A stretch of DNA of 64,000 nucleotides, from the NCBI RefSeq assembly GCF_009914755.1, contig NC_060935.1. One strand, given 5' to 3'. The notes beneath the pieces are model-generated. The model was not told the origin of the DNA. It did no database searches and was given only the letters and a program-made list of their open reading frames with translations. Positions 14,345 through 28,683 of the stretch are shown in pieces; positions within the stretch are counted from its first letter, which is position 1; every line of letters starts with the position of its first letter. Position numbers and translations under genes: made by a program. Source of the stretch: the human T2T-CHM13v2.0 reference genome, Homo sapiens.

Positions 14345-14644
14345 TTTTTTTTTTTTTTTTTTTGAGATGGAGTCCTGCTCTGTCACCCAGGCTAGAGTAC
14401 AGTAGTGCGATCTTGGCTCACTTCAACCTCTGCCTCCTGGGTTCAAGCAATTCTCCTGCCTCAGCCTCACGAGTAGCTGGATTACAGGCGCCCCCGCCAC
14501 CAAGCCCGGGTAATTTCTGTATTTTTAGTAGAGACGGGTTTTCACCATGTTGGCCAGGCTGGTCTCAAACTCTTGACCTCGTGATACACCCACCTTGGCC
14601 TCCCAAAGTGCTGGGATTACAGGCATGAACCACTGCACCCGACC
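14345..14644 (-). mobile_element. AluS-type SINE
   Basis: Poly-T plus dimer; near-TSD TGATT(T/C)TACTTTTT. Confidence 0.92.
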
Positions 14645-14669
14645 CTGATTCTACTTTTTGTACACGAGT

Positions 14670-15415
14670 TTCTCTGGCTTAAGATCTCTCATGTGATTGC
14701 ACTTCTTCTGTCTGCTGGAACTGTGGTCTCATCTGAAGTTTCAACTAGGGGGTTTCCGTTCCTTGTGGGTTGCTGGAATGAGAGCCTCAGTCCCTCACTG
14801 GCTATCTGTTTGCTGGAGGCCTCCCTCTGTTCCTGGGCACGTGGACTTCTCCATAGGGCAGCTCACATCATGGTTCTTAGAGCAAGCAAACGAGAAAATG
14901 ATCAAGAGCAGGTAGCTAAGATGGAACGGAAACCACAGTCCTTTGATAACCTGGTATTGGAAGTGACATCTTATTTCCATCATCTTTCATTAATTAGAAA
15001 TGAGAAATGGCTGGGTGTGGTTTTTCCCACCTATAAACCCAACACTTTGGGAAACAGAGGGAGTTCAAGATCAGCCTGGGCAGCATAAGGAGACCCTGTC
15101 TCTAAAAATAATTTTTAAAATTAGCCGGCATGGTGGCATGCACCTGGGGTCCCAGCTACTCAGGAGGCTGAGGCAGGAGGATCACCTAAGGCTGGAAGGC
15201 TGAAGCTGCAGTAAGCCATGATTGTGCCACTGCACTCCAGCCTGGGTGTTGGAGTGTGAAGGGCTATTGAAGGGCTTGTATCCACAGTGAGATCATGTCT
15301 CAAAAAAAAAAGTGAGAAATAAGTCCAACCACAACTCACGGGAAAGGGATCACAAAAGGGCATGAATCTCAAAAGGCAGGCATTGGAGGAGCTGCCTCAG
15401 AGGTTGTCCACCACA
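14670..15415 (-). mobile_element. MLT1-family MaLR LTR interrupted by an Alu
   Basis: GTGGTCTCATCTGAAG ... CTCCATAGGGCAGCTCACA ... GGAAGTGACATC ... CACAAAAGGGCATGAAT resembles MLT1E/F. Confidence 0.6.
15009..15311 (+). mobile_element. Rearranged AluJ-type SINE
   Basis: Alu with a short left-arm deletion and a ~34-bp non-Alu insert near the 3' end; TSD-like TGAGAAAT on both sides. Confidence 0.85.
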
Positions 15416-15874
15416 CTGGGGAAGGGAATAGAACATCTGGAGCGAGGGCAGAGAGAGAACACGGGGGCTGCTCAGAGAGGGCCTCCTAGGTCTTTGTAAA
15501 TGCTTAGGTTTTACTTTAACAACTGCTTATGTATGAAACAGCCCACCTACGAGGATTTTTATCATAAAAGATTATAATAGAAAAGTTTGGAAATAGATAG
15601 ATCCTGGTTATAAATAAATCATTTCTACATCTCCACAAATGGCACACTCACTGTGCAGCTATTAAGAAGAGTTAGAGTTGATTCTAGGCCTGGGGCTGGG
15701 AAATACAAGATGAGCCCGAAGCATCTTCTCCCAGAAAGTAAACAAGTAGCCCCCAAACCAAACAACAAAAAAATAAGAACATGGAGGTGCATTGAAAGGA
15801 TGCGGGAGCCAACCTGAAAGTGTTCCCCGTGGCCAAAGGTGAAACAACCTGAGCAACAAAATAAATAATAATGC

Positions 15875-16245
15875 CTTTGTTTTGTGCTGGTGTGACAAAA
15901 TACCTGAGACTGAATCATCTATAAAGAACAGAAATTTGTTTCACACAGTTCTGGAGCCTGGGAAGTTCAAGATCAAGGCGCGAGCAGGTTCAGCCATCTA
16001 GCGAGGGCTGCTCTCTGCTTCTAAGATACTACCCTATTGCTGCATCCTCTAGCGATGACAATCACTGTGTCCCCAGGTGGCCGAAGGGCAGCTAGCCAAA
16101 CATTGCATGATGCCCCTTCCGTAAGTGCCCCAATCCCATTCCTGAGGAGAGAGCCTTCCTGGCCTGATCGCCCTTAAATGCCTCACCCTTCAGTACCATT
16201 ACATTGGCAGTACTTGTATTTTGGAGGGAACCCATTCAAATAATA
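15875..16245 (-). mobile_element. MST-like MaLR LTR
   Basis: ACAAAATACCTGAGACTG ... CACAGTTCTGGAG ... AAGTTCAAGATCAAGGCG. Confidence 0.75.
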
Positions 16246-16299
16246 TTGGGTTTTATAACTCAGAGAGTAGCTTAAATAACAAGTCCATCTGAAGTAAAT

Positions 16300-17340
<1,041 letters not shown>

Positions 17341-18719
17341 TAAAAAAGGAGAACCTAGCATATAGAAAGTGCTGTATAGGTATTTATTAAATAGACAAAA
17401 TGGTAATTGGTTAAAAGTATGTATTGATGTGCTTAATTAAGTAAAAAAATCAGGGTGTAACCATGCATGTTAAAACCATAGATATGTGCTAATATATGCC
17501 TGTACTATTCCTGGAAGGCTTCACAAAAAAGAAACTGAACAAAATAAATGGGTGCCAAGGGTTGCCTCTGGGGAGGGGAAGCCCATGGCTAGGAGAGAGA
17601 TACATGAAACAGACTTATTTTTGTCTGCAAATCCTTTCTTACTTTTTGAATTTTGAATCATGCATATTTTGCCTATTCAAAAAATATATTTTAAATAATC
17701 TTAGCCATGGTAATCCTGAGGTTCCCAGAGCTCCCCATCCATTCCCCAATAACTCATGCCCCATAACAGTGGCTCAGAATCTTCTGGCACCCTGGCTGGC
17801 CCTTAGTAGGTGCTAGGAAATGTAGGATGAATGAGTGAATTCATTCTGCTGCCTGCCCTCCGTGGGATTCATCTTTGTATCACATCAGACGGTGTAGGTC
17901 CTTTTATTCCTCTTCCTAAGGAGGCCAGCTTGGGCCCTCTGTTGGCAACAGAAGACTTTGATTTCTTCACTTTCTTGTTTTAAACACAGCCCCATTAATG
18001 TTTAAAATGCTTGTCTGAGCTCTCCAGTCTGTCTTAGGTGTTTCGAGGGCTTTCAACAGGGATTCTAAAGCGGCCCAGGGATACTTGGTTATTATTTCCT
18101 CTTTATAGAATTGAATGAGTAACTTTGAATCCTCCACAGCCCGAGACCCTGTAGTTATTCATCTATTATGGAACAACCGGGTTCAGTGACCCACTGCCCA
18201 GGAGGCCCACTGGTGTTGGAATAGAGCCTCCAGCACCTTGTCTTAAAGAACATTCAAATGCTCCACCAAGACTTCATTTCAAGAAGTATAAATATGAGAC
18301 ATCCAAGTACCTCTCAGAAGACAGGATTGCACAGGCAGGCAGTATTGCTCAACCACCCAGGGAGGTGGTGGTGGCAAGAACAGATAGATTTTTAACTGTT
18401 CAGGTATTTCATAGCCAAGATTGAGACCAAGTTTGCCATTTCCTGTAGGAACATTTCAGTAGCTTACTTCTACAGATAACAAAAAGCAAAAGAGCTAATG
18501 GAGGGATAGCGGGAGAGGGGTGTGCTTGATTTCTTCCTTGATTTCTTCATTTCTCCATTTATTTTCTACAGCAGTTATAGTTACCTCATGCTGATTGCCG
18601 CATTTTGTGTATTAGAGTAACTTCCCAAAGAGACTATAAGCTGAATAAAAGCTGTGCATCTCTAAGCTCATGGTTCATTGTAGTATTGGTCTCCTCAAGG
18701 AATTAACATTAGCCCTTCT

Positions 18720-18890
18720 TGGGTCAGTTTGTATTTTAGGCTTGATGGGCCCTAGAGTCACTGTCTCAACTATGCAACTCTGCCATTGTAGCATGAAAGC
18801 AGCCATAGATGATACATAATGAATGGGAATGGCTGTGTACCAATAAAACTTTATCTATGAAAGCAGACAGTAGGCTGGACTGACCCCTGA
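18720..18890 (+). mobile_element. MER58A-like hAT-Charlie element
   Basis: CAACTCTGCCATTGTAGCATGAAAGCAGCCATAGA ... GGCTGTGTACCAATAAAACTTTAT. Confidence 0.8.
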
Positions 18891-20125
18891 GCTAGAACAC
18901 AGGATGCTAACAGGCAGGTTGTAGAAGAGCCAAGGGCCTCTTGTAGAGATCATATGTCTAAACCATTGCTAGGAGTTTGTATTTCCAGTACAGTGAGCAA
19001 TGCTTGGTGGGAATATAAAGCAGGAAACATACCATGGTCTTATTTATTTCCTAAAACGAGCTTTGTAGGTGCTGTGTGGAAAATGGATTGGAGAGGGGCA
19101 AGATCAGAAATTGGGAGACCAAGTAGAGGTTCACATGGTAATCCATGCAACAGATGATGGTAACTTGTCCCATATTATGGAAGCAGAATCAGCAGGACCT
19201 GCCCCTGAGTTGGACATGAATGGAAAAGGAAAGGAAGGAACCAGGTTTAACACTGAGGCCTGCAGCTCCAGTGACTGCCTGGGGTCCCTGGCCCAGGATT
19301 GTAATTGCTATTTAATGATGATACTTGCTTTCCCAACTCCCACAAGTGAGGTTTTATTTGCAACAATGGCCTGCCTGAAGTAGATTTTTCTCTCTCCAGT
19401 TTTTAGGGTTTGCTTTTCCCTGCAATGCTATTTGTGTGTGATTACACCACACTCACAAACTGATCAAAGCATCTCCGCTCCCTGCATCCTGCTTGAGTTA
19501 GCAGTATTCGCTCTGGCTGCTGACTCGGCAGGCTCAATAAACTATTGTATTGTAATTGGCCAAGCCTTATTACTGGACCAGAAACCAACTGACCATTGAG
19601 TTCAAAGAATGTCTGCTAAGCATTTAATTTTGCGGCTTCCACCAAACACTACAGGTAAATAGCTACAGTAAGCAATAGAAATAGTAGTTCTTTAGAGCCT
19701 TCCTTATTCAGCAAATTCCAGAGGCATGGATAGTCATTTCCAGATGTGGCCTGCAGGAGCAGCCCAGGATATCATATATAGGAATCTGGATCTGGCGAAG
19801 CCACTCGATGCAGAGGAGGCAGATGCCTCAGAGGTTTCCCTTTGGATGGGTAGAATGATTAGATTGATCCCGGTGCAGGTGCATGAGCTCATTACCAAGT
19901 CCCACCCCCTTCCCGTGCTGTCTCTCATTGGCTTCTGCTGCTTTTGTGGCCTGCAGTAGGAGAGGTAGCAAAGAACTCCTACCCCTCATTTTCACTGCAT
20001 TCTTCTGTTGACATTTCTGAAGCAATGACACAATTGAGCAGAGTTCTAAAAAGGCCACCTGGGCCCTAGCTCCCAATTACCCTCTCACTGAGTTTTAGTG
20101 GCAATCTGAATTCCTACTTAAAAAA

Positions 20126-20183
20126 TGCCATTGCACTCTAGCCTGGGCAACAGAGTGAGACCCTGTCTCAAAAAAAAAAAAAA
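20126..20183 (+). mobile_element. Alu 3'-end fragment
   Basis: GCCATTGCACTCTAGCCTGGGCAACAGAGTGAGACCCTGTCTC followed by poly-A. Confidence 0.85.
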
Positions 20184-20636
20184 GCCCTTTTCTATCTTAA
20201 ACAGCCAATTAAATGCCTTACCCTCCAACCAGTTCTGCAACTGCCCTGAGTCTGTGTCTTAGCAAAGAGGCCATTAGCCACCCGACTCCCTGGCTTATCA
20301 CTGGGCCCTTCCTCATCAGACACAGAGATCAAATTCTGAGGGTGTACAGCAGCTCTTAGCAGGCTTCAAAGAGCTCTGGGACTGCTGGGGGCTTTCCTCC
20401 ATTCTAAGAAACTCTCTGGGGTGAACAGCTTAGAAATTAGGGGCCATTGATACCAGTTGGCTGTTCAGTAGCACTTATTGAAAGGATGGAATGCAGCTTT
20501 CAGGGAGACTCCCTGCTCCCATTTGCCCAAAGGATGGCAGTGGTTAGGCAGATAGAAAACCTCTGCAGTCTTTTGGAATAAGAATGACTGAAAATTTCCA
20601 GGGAAGTGTCTACTTCATTCGGTCTTCAGTTTAGAA

Positions 20637-20755
20637 CTTTCTTCTCTCTCTGTCTCTCTCTCCCCCACCCCTCTCTTTCTCTCCCCCTCGCTCCCTCCCT
20701 CTCTCCCTCCCTGTTCCTCTTCCACTCCCCCTCCCCTTGCTTTCCCTCCCTCTCA
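20637..20755 (+). repeat. CT-rich polypyrimidine low-complexity tract
   Basis: About 115 bp almost entirely C/T. Confidence 0.9.
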
Positions 20756-22499
20756 TTTTGAATTTAATCCTCGGGCACTTGTCTCCCAGCTCTCAATGGT
20801 CCTGGTTCCCAGCATCCTGGCAGATGGGTCTCCTCTCTCATTTCCCTCTGGCTTGGGGCCAGGATGGCCCCTGCTGTGGCCGGTCTGAGGTTGCGCAGCT
20901 CCAGTTTTCCCATCACCCTCTTTTCAGTTAATTTTAGCAACTTGAGTTGCCATGGTAATGGTTCAGCGGGGTTTTCATGGCTCTCTTTTGATTCAGTCAT
21001 TTGCTGGTCTGCCCTTTAAATTAAACTTTTTCAATCCGCATCTAAATTGGGATGGGTGATGTGCTTGGAATAGGGATCCGCAAAGGCGCTCCAGCCCCAT
21101 GGGATGCTTTTTTTAGACAGGAAAGTCAGGGTGGATGTGGGGATGCCCTTGGTTTACAGTGGCCCAGACAATCCCTTGATGCTTCCAGGCTTGAGAAAGT
21201 GTGGCTGCCACTGTGGCAGAGGCCATGGTAGGAGGCATGCAGGAGTGAAATGGGACCCCCAGGGCCGCTCCCACCCTGGGAGTGCCATTGGGGTCAGGCC
21301 TGCTCCCCGCACCTGAGCACAGGGCCCAGCCAGGATCTGGGCTCTCCAAGTGGACGAATGAATTGTGGACCCAGCCAGACTCCCCTCCATCGCATCACAG
21401 CTTGGAGGCTCTGTGCCCCTGTGAATCCCAGCTGTTCTCCCTGCCTCCCTCTCAGCAGCGTTTTCTCTTCTCTGCCATTCAGCACTCCCAAGGCCCGTTT
21501 TAATCTAGTGTGAAGGGTCAGACTCTTCGTCCAGGTAAAAGGAAACTACAGAAGCAAGCTCACAGTCGCTTCACTCGGCTCAAATTTAAAACAGTCTTCA
21601 GTGTTCATCTAAACTTTGTGGCAGGTACAAGTTGTTCATCCTGATTTTACAGTCCCAATTTTAATCCCGCTGTCCCTTCATTAAATGCTTTCAGTTGCCT
21701 CTTTTAAACCAGAAGGCTGTGGGGCCCAGCGTTGACAGGATTTAGGCACTAGTCAGGCAAGTTGTTCTAGGCGTGGCTGGCTAGAGAAGGAGGCAGTGAG
21801 AGAGAGGAGAGTGGGGAGAAAGTGGGGGTGAAGAGCTTTGACCTTCATGATGAGGGCGTGGGACTTGACCCTTGGCAAATAAGAAGTCCTGGAAGGGCTG
21901 TGAGTGGGGGCAGACCCAGGTCCAGTCTGCAGGGTTGGCCTGGAGTGACTATGTCAAGGCACCATCTTGGCCACTTTGGGAGAGGAGTCTGCCTGCACTG
22001 GCCCCACACTTTTGGTCCTGCGAGTTGGTGGATCTCTAGATGATTCTGGGAAAGGGTTACATTGATCCCACCTCATTTGTGAGAAGGAAGATTCTAGAAG
22101 GATGAGACTGTTTTTGTACAGTGAACATGTGTTTTCTCTATAAATCTTGAGCTCAGCCAGTGCCCATCAATAACAGTGTGAATATTTCAGCCACAAGGGT
22201 GGTTTTCCCTTCCCCAAAACAGATCACCGGGAAAACTGGTTGAGTGGGACCTGCCCTCATACCATGTGTCATCTCTGGGTGTTGGCCAGACAGACCTGGG
22301 CTCGTGTCTCAGCTCAATCACTTCCTGGCTGTGTGACCTGGGGCAAATGACCTCACTTCTCTCAGTCTTCTTTTTCTCACCTGTGAGGCTGAATGGAATG
22401 ATGGCCATGAAGGCATGGAGTCTCATAGGAAAGATGCACAAGCCAAGACTTCACAGGGCCACAGAGTTAGAGACACTCTGCCGGCTTCTCCCAGCAAAT

Positions 22500-23060
22500 T
22501 TTTACTATTTGGAGCTTTGGGGATTCAGGGATGAGCAAGCAGAATTCAGTTCTGCCCTCAGGGAGTTCTATTCCAGTAGGAAAGAGAGACAATTAAATAC
22601 AAATAGAATGTACAATGACAGGCAGTAACAGTGCTGTGAAGGTAGACGAGGTGGGTGGGGGGATGGAGAGTGATGTCGGTGGGCCAGAAAGGAGTAGAGT
22701 CTTGAATGGAATTGTGAGTGATGCGGATGCCCTGGAAGGTCGTGCTAAGCAGACGGCAAGGGCCCTGTAGCAGGTGCATGCTGGGTGTGTTCCAGAACCA
22801 CATCAAGGAGGCCAACGGGTCTGCAGCAGCAGCCAGGGAGGAGCAGGAGTGGAAGTCAGAGTAGCAACGGGGATGAGATTATTCAGGGCCTGGAGGCCAT
22901 GTTAAGGACTTTGGACTTTATTCTGAGTACATGAGAAGCCACTGGAAGGTTTTGAGCTGAGGAGTGACATGAACAGATGAATGTTTTTAGAAGGAGCACC
23001 CTGCAGCCATGTGGAAAAGACACTACGGGGAGCCAGAGTGGAGGCAGGTGGAAGGGACAG
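22500..23060 (-). mobile_element. L2 LINE remnant
   Basis: GGCCATGTTAAGGACTTTGGACTTTATTCTGAG...GAAGCCACTGGAAGGTTTTGAGC...GGAGTGACATG is characteristic of L2. Confidence 0.8.
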
Positions 23061-25195
23061 TGGCTGGGAACAGGGAGATTATGAAGCACAGGCACCAGGA
23101 CTGGGGATTGGTTGAGGCTGGTGTGCAGAGTCCCGTTTGGCATCGGATATGTCTTGTGCTCCCCTTTCGGGCATGCTCATCCTGCCTGCACTGGGACTGG
23201 AGCCCAAGAGCCCAGTGTCTGGAGAACAAGAACCCAGTGTGTGCAAAACGAACAGCCCTGCCCTCCAAGATGCTGGAGCTTGTTGGGTCAGGGTCGTTGT
23301 GTTCAGATCTGAAATCTCAAGAAGCCATGAATTTGTTCATGGTGGATAAAGCTCCCCCTTGGGAGCCCTGCTTACAGTGATTCTGTATCAGCCCGTTCCC
23401 CTAAATTACTCAGAAAGTTTTCTGCACTCTGAAGCTCCAAGTGTGCACACTCAGCATTTCCCCGGGTAATAAAGTTTCACAGGCAGGAGTAGCACCGATG
23501 AACTGATTATGCAAGGGGCCGTGACAAACTCGCAGATCCCAAGAACAGAACCAGGGCAGCCTTTGGACTCCTTGTGAATTTCTGCAGCATCAGCTCCTGC
23601 ATGCTCAGTTCTTGACAAATGTAAGACGCGGCAGAGTGTCATACAGCCCCCACGGTGGCATCTCTCACTTCATGCTCAGGAGCTGCTCCCAGTGCTTGGC
23701 CATCAGTGATGATGATGCCGAACCTTAACTGATGTGGCCTGGGACCTGGGCCTCACTGTATCACGAGAAGAGAGGATGGGGCTAAGATAGTTGTCTCTCA
23801 GCTTCATCTTCTTCCATCGGCAGCTGCAACCCAGAGCTTCCTCCAACAGCCTGCCCAAAGGCCAGGGATTCCCCTTTCTGATTTGTGAGAAGATATCTTC
23901 TAGAATGTTGGGAATGCACATATTTGGAATATGGTGTATGTTCTGTCCATCTCAGCCTAGCACTGAGGTTGAGGAAATAATCACATCCTTTCATGAAGAG
24001 TCACAGTGGACATTTGCCTAGTAAAGGCTCTGACAAGTCTTGTAATAATAGCTATTGATAATAACTAAAAGTTTTGTCAAATGCTACTTTGTGCCAGACA
24101 CCACTTTAAACATTTCTATACATATTTTCCCTTTTTATCCAAAAAATAACCCTAGGGGGTGGGTTCTATTATCCCATTTTAAAGGTGAGGATTTTGAGAC
24201 ACAGAGAGGCAAAGTAACTTTTCCTAGTCCATACAGCTAGTGAGTGACACGGCTGAGGTTTGAATCTAGACAGTTTGATCTCTGTACCTTCCCTCCAAAC
24301 AGCTACAAAAAAGGAGGGGGGAAGGGGTTTAACTTGTCTAATCCAGTCGTTGTCACACCTGTTTGACCAAGGTACTCTTTTTCATGAAATACCTCTTGCC
24401 ATCCCACAGAAGACACTTCCAGTATATTGATCAGACTCTAAGATTGAGTATTCATTGAAGTTACTGGAAAGGGACCCCATTGCAAGAACAGTACAGTGAG
24501 GTGACAGATGTTCAGGATAAATGGGACAGAGGAGAGGAGGGAGCAGAGAGAAGTATTCAGGATAGCGCAATGGATTCTGACTTCAGACTCCTGCACCCAA
24601 AGACTAGTTGTACCACTTGTTTGCTCTATGACCTTCTGTAAGTTACTTAACCTCTCTGTTAATAAAATGGCACACTTCACAGGATTGTTGTAAAGAAGAA
24701 GGGAAATTGTGTATATCAAAGGAAGAGTAGAAGAAAGAGGTTCAGTGCTCACTGCTCAGCATCTAGGTTATCCTCATTTTCTTCTTGAAATGTTTGCTTT
24801 CCTGTAGTTTTGACTCTGTCTGTAAGTGAAGAAATTGTGAATTACCATGTTGACATGTTTCAGAGTTAGTTTACCAATATCAAAAAACACTGTGGAGTAC
24901 CTGTTGTATTTCCCAGATTGTGGTGAGCCCTGAGTGGGGTTCCAAGAAGGAGCAAGCCTGGTCTTTGCCCACCGAGAACTTAATGGTAAGATAGCCACAT
25001 ATGTAAAATGAAATAAAGCTTTGGGCTAAGAGTACAGATGCTGGAACTAGACTTCCTGGGTTCCTCTTGGTTTCTCTACTAGCTAGCTCTGATAATAGCT
25101 ATTAATAATTCCTCAGGTATAGGGAGTATTTGGGCAAGTTCCTTAACCTGTGTTCCCATTTCCTCACCTGTGAAACGGTCTACTTCATAGGAGGG

Positions 25196-25660
25196 TGTAT
25201 TCGTTTGCTAGGGCTGCCATAACAAATGACCACAAACTTGGCTTTGAAACAACAGAAATTTATTCTCTCACAGTTCTGGAGGCCAGAAGTGCAAATTGAA
25301 GGTACTGGCAGGGTTTGTTCTTTCTGGAGGCTCTGAGGGAGAGTCTGTTCCATGCCTCATTCCTAGCTTCTGGGGCCGCTGGCAATTCTTGGTGTTCCTT
25401 GGCTTGGTTGGGGCTGCATGATTCCAGTTTCTGCCTTCAACTTCGCATGGCCTTTGCCCTTGTCTGTTTCTGTGTCATCTCCTTCTCTGTCTCTCATAAA
25501 GACACTCATCATTGGATCTAAAGCTCTCTCTAATTCAGAATGAGCTCATCTTGAAACTCTTACCTTAATTATATCTGCAAAGACCCTTTTTCCAAATAAG
25601 GTCACATTCTGAGGTTCTGGGTGGACATACCTTTGGAGGGACACTACTCAACTCAATACA
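25196..25660 (-). mobile_element. MLT1C-like MaLR solo LTR inserted in a MIR
   Basis: TGTATT...ACA ends, 5-bp near-TSD GAGGG/GATGG, AACAGAAATTTATTCTCTCACAGTTCTGGAGGCCAGAAGT. Confidence 0.85.
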
Positions 25661-26634
25661 GATGGTGCAAGGATTAAAAGTGTTAGAATGTGTAAAACAC
25701 ATCAGATATTAATGAGAATAGGGTAAGAGCTGCCAGGATAATTATGGTGATGATATTATGTTTACTCTTGTTTTTGAGTTCAAAGTAAATATGCATGGTG
25801 GTGATGGTTGTTAGTATTATTAGTATCATTATTTAGTTCAAATCAGGAATGAGGACATGTCACAAGGCAAATGGTGTTCCTCATTCCAACTCTGGACTTT
25901 TCCCCATGCCCTTCTGGGGGTTGATGCTGGGAAATTAATCACAGGGAACAGTGCTGTCTGTGAACGACAGGCCAAACAGGGTGATGTGAGCCACTGAGGT
26001 TCCTTGATCTGAAGAATTCTACAAGAATTACACAGCAACACAGTCCTGGGTAATGTTCAGACTTGTGGGAGTATTGCAAAAAGACTAGAGTCCGAAGAGG
26101 CTACAGGTGGCAAGACTCTCACGGAGGTTTTCTTCCTGGCCTGGGCCTGGATGTGGCCATGAGAATGGACGTGAGGTTAAGAGGCTGGAGAAACACAGCA
26201 CAGTAGAAATTGACCATACTTGGTTGCTTGATGTGGACAGAGAAAAAGGAGAATGTTCAAGACAACCCCAAGTTTTCAAACCTGGCAGACCAGATGGCCA
26301 GGTAAACATCCAGCATCTAGGAATTCATCCAAAGAAATAATTGCATCAGTGACCAAAGATCACTGGCCCCTCCCCTCATGACCCTCACTGTCTGCCTGAA
26401 TGGTATTGTAGCATTGTTTGTAATAGCAAAAATGGGGAGCAACCTAAAGGTACTTCAATAGAGGTTTGGCTAAATAAACTGTAGTTTATCTCTATAGTGG
26501 GATACTATGTGGCTGTTCTTTCACAAAGGTGTGGGAGCCAAGGAAAGATGCCCACATGCTGAAGTATCCATATAACATGAAGAAAAGTACGTGTGTGTAC
26601 AAGCATAGGGAGCAGTTTTCAAAGATCTATGCTG

Positions 26635-26832
26635 TGGGTAGACAGCAAACTATGGCCAGTGGGCCAAATCTGACCTGCTACCTGTTTTTGTAAATAAAGT
26701 TTGTCTGGGACACGGCCACATTCATTCATTGACATATTGTCCATGACAGCTTTTATCTACTTGTGTAGCTCACAAAGCATAAAATATTTACTATCTGGTC
26801 CTTGACAGTAAAAGTTTGCCAGCTCATGGTCT
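26635..26832 (-). mobile_element. MER58-like hAT element
   Basis: GGGCCAAATCTG...TTTTGTAAATAAAGTTT...AAAATATTTACTATCTGG. Confidence 0.75.
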
Positions 26833-26989
26833 ATACCAAACTGTAAACCATGTCTAGTAGAATCCTAATAGGTTTAGGGGAGAGGAGGGGACATTTTGTC
26901 TGCCTTGAATATTTCTATATTATTTTTTTTTAAATAATGAACATGGATTTTTATAATCAGAAATAAAGTTCATTTTGGAAGGGGGAAAA

Positions 26990-28540
26990 AGGCGTGCAAG
27001 ACACACTACCTCATTTCGAGACTTAACTATAAAGCTGTAGTTAACAACACCCTTATTGGCATAAAGATAGTTGTATAGCTCAATCATACAAAATAGATAG
27101 TCTAAGAATAGACTCAGACTTGTATGGTCAATTGATTTTCAACAAAGGTGCCAAGGTAATTCAATAAGAGAGGATAGGCTTTTCAACAAATGGTGTTAGA
27201 AAAATTGGAAAGCTAAATGGGGAGATGAAAAGAACCTTGACCTTTACCTTGCACCATAAACAAAAATTAATTTGCTGTGGATCATAGACATAAATGTAGA
27301 AGCTAAAGCTATAAGACTTCTTCTAAACAATGATTTAGGGGAAGATTCCTTGAATCGAATATAGAAAAACACAAACCATTAAGAAGGAATTGATGCAAAT
27401 GACTATATAAAAATTTGTTTTGAAACGTTTTCTTCATTGACTAGTCTTAAAAAAGAAAATACCAAAAAGCTCTTTTTAAGACACTGTAAAGAAAATGAAA
27501 AGATAAGCCATAGACTAGGAGAAAATATTTGCAAAACACATTTGTGATAAAATACTATGTCACAGAACATATAAAATGCTCTTACTATCCAATAATAATG
27601 TCAAACCAATTTAAAAATGGGCAAAAGATTTGAATAAACACTTCATTAAAGAAGATAAGCTGTGGCAAATCAGTACATGAACAGATGCTCACATCATTAG
27701 TCATTAGGAAATGCTAATTAAAACCTCAATAAGAGGTTTTAAGTGGTATCAATAAGATACCACTAAATACCTATTAAGATGGCTAAAATTAAAAAGACTG
27801 GTATTACTAAGTGCTGGTGAGGACACAGGATGACTGACAGTTTCATACATTGCTGCTGGTGGGGATGGGAAATGCTATAGCAACTTTGGAGAACAGTGGG
27901 ACAATTTCTTCTAAAGTTAAACATATGCTTCCCATATGACCCAGAAATCTCTCAGCCCTATGTATGCCCAAGAAATATGAAAATATATGTTAGCACAAAG
28001 ACCAGCATTCCTGAAACTGGGAACAGCCCAGTACCCTCCCTCATCTGGGGAATCAAATTGTGATACATCCATGCAACTGAATACTACTCAGGGACAAAAA
28101 GGAATGAAATATTAACACTCAAAGAAACATGGATGAATCTCAAAAGCAGTGTGCTGAGTGAAAGAAGTCAGATGGAATAGAATATAAAAAACACAAACCA
28201 TTAAGAAAGAATTGATGCAAAGGACTATGTAAAAATTTGTTTTTACATACTGTAGGATACTGCATACTGTAGGATTCCACTTATATGGCTTTCCGGAAAA
28301 AAGTGAATCTATTTGGACAGAAAACAGACCCCTGGTTTCCAGAGGCTTGGAATGAGGGGAGAAGATTGACCACAAGAAGCACAAAATACCTTTCGTGGGG
28401 ATGGAAAGGGTCTATATCTTGATTGTGGAAGAGGACATGTGACTGTTTCATTTTGTCAGAATTCATCTAATGGCACATTTTTAAAGGGCAAATTTTATTA
28501 TGCCTAAGGTGTACCTCAATAAATCTAACTTTTAAAATAT
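26990..28540 (+). mobile_element. L1M LINE remnant (end of ORF2 plus 3'UTR), degenerate
   Basis: TTGATTTTCAACAAAGGTGCCAAG, TTTTCAACAAATGGTG, AAAATGGGCAAAAGATTTGAATA, ATGGATGAATCTCAAAA, ending TACCTCAATAAA. Confidence 0.9.
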
Positions 28541-28683
28541 ATAATCTGGAGGAAGAACAAACTGAAAAAAAATACTTCTAAAAAAATTGCAAGGTAGGAG
28601 TTTTTCAAAGGGATGAGGAAGAGTCAGTTTGAAGGGCAATGAATATTCCAGAACAGGAATTCTGGACTTAGGAGGTCAGGCTG

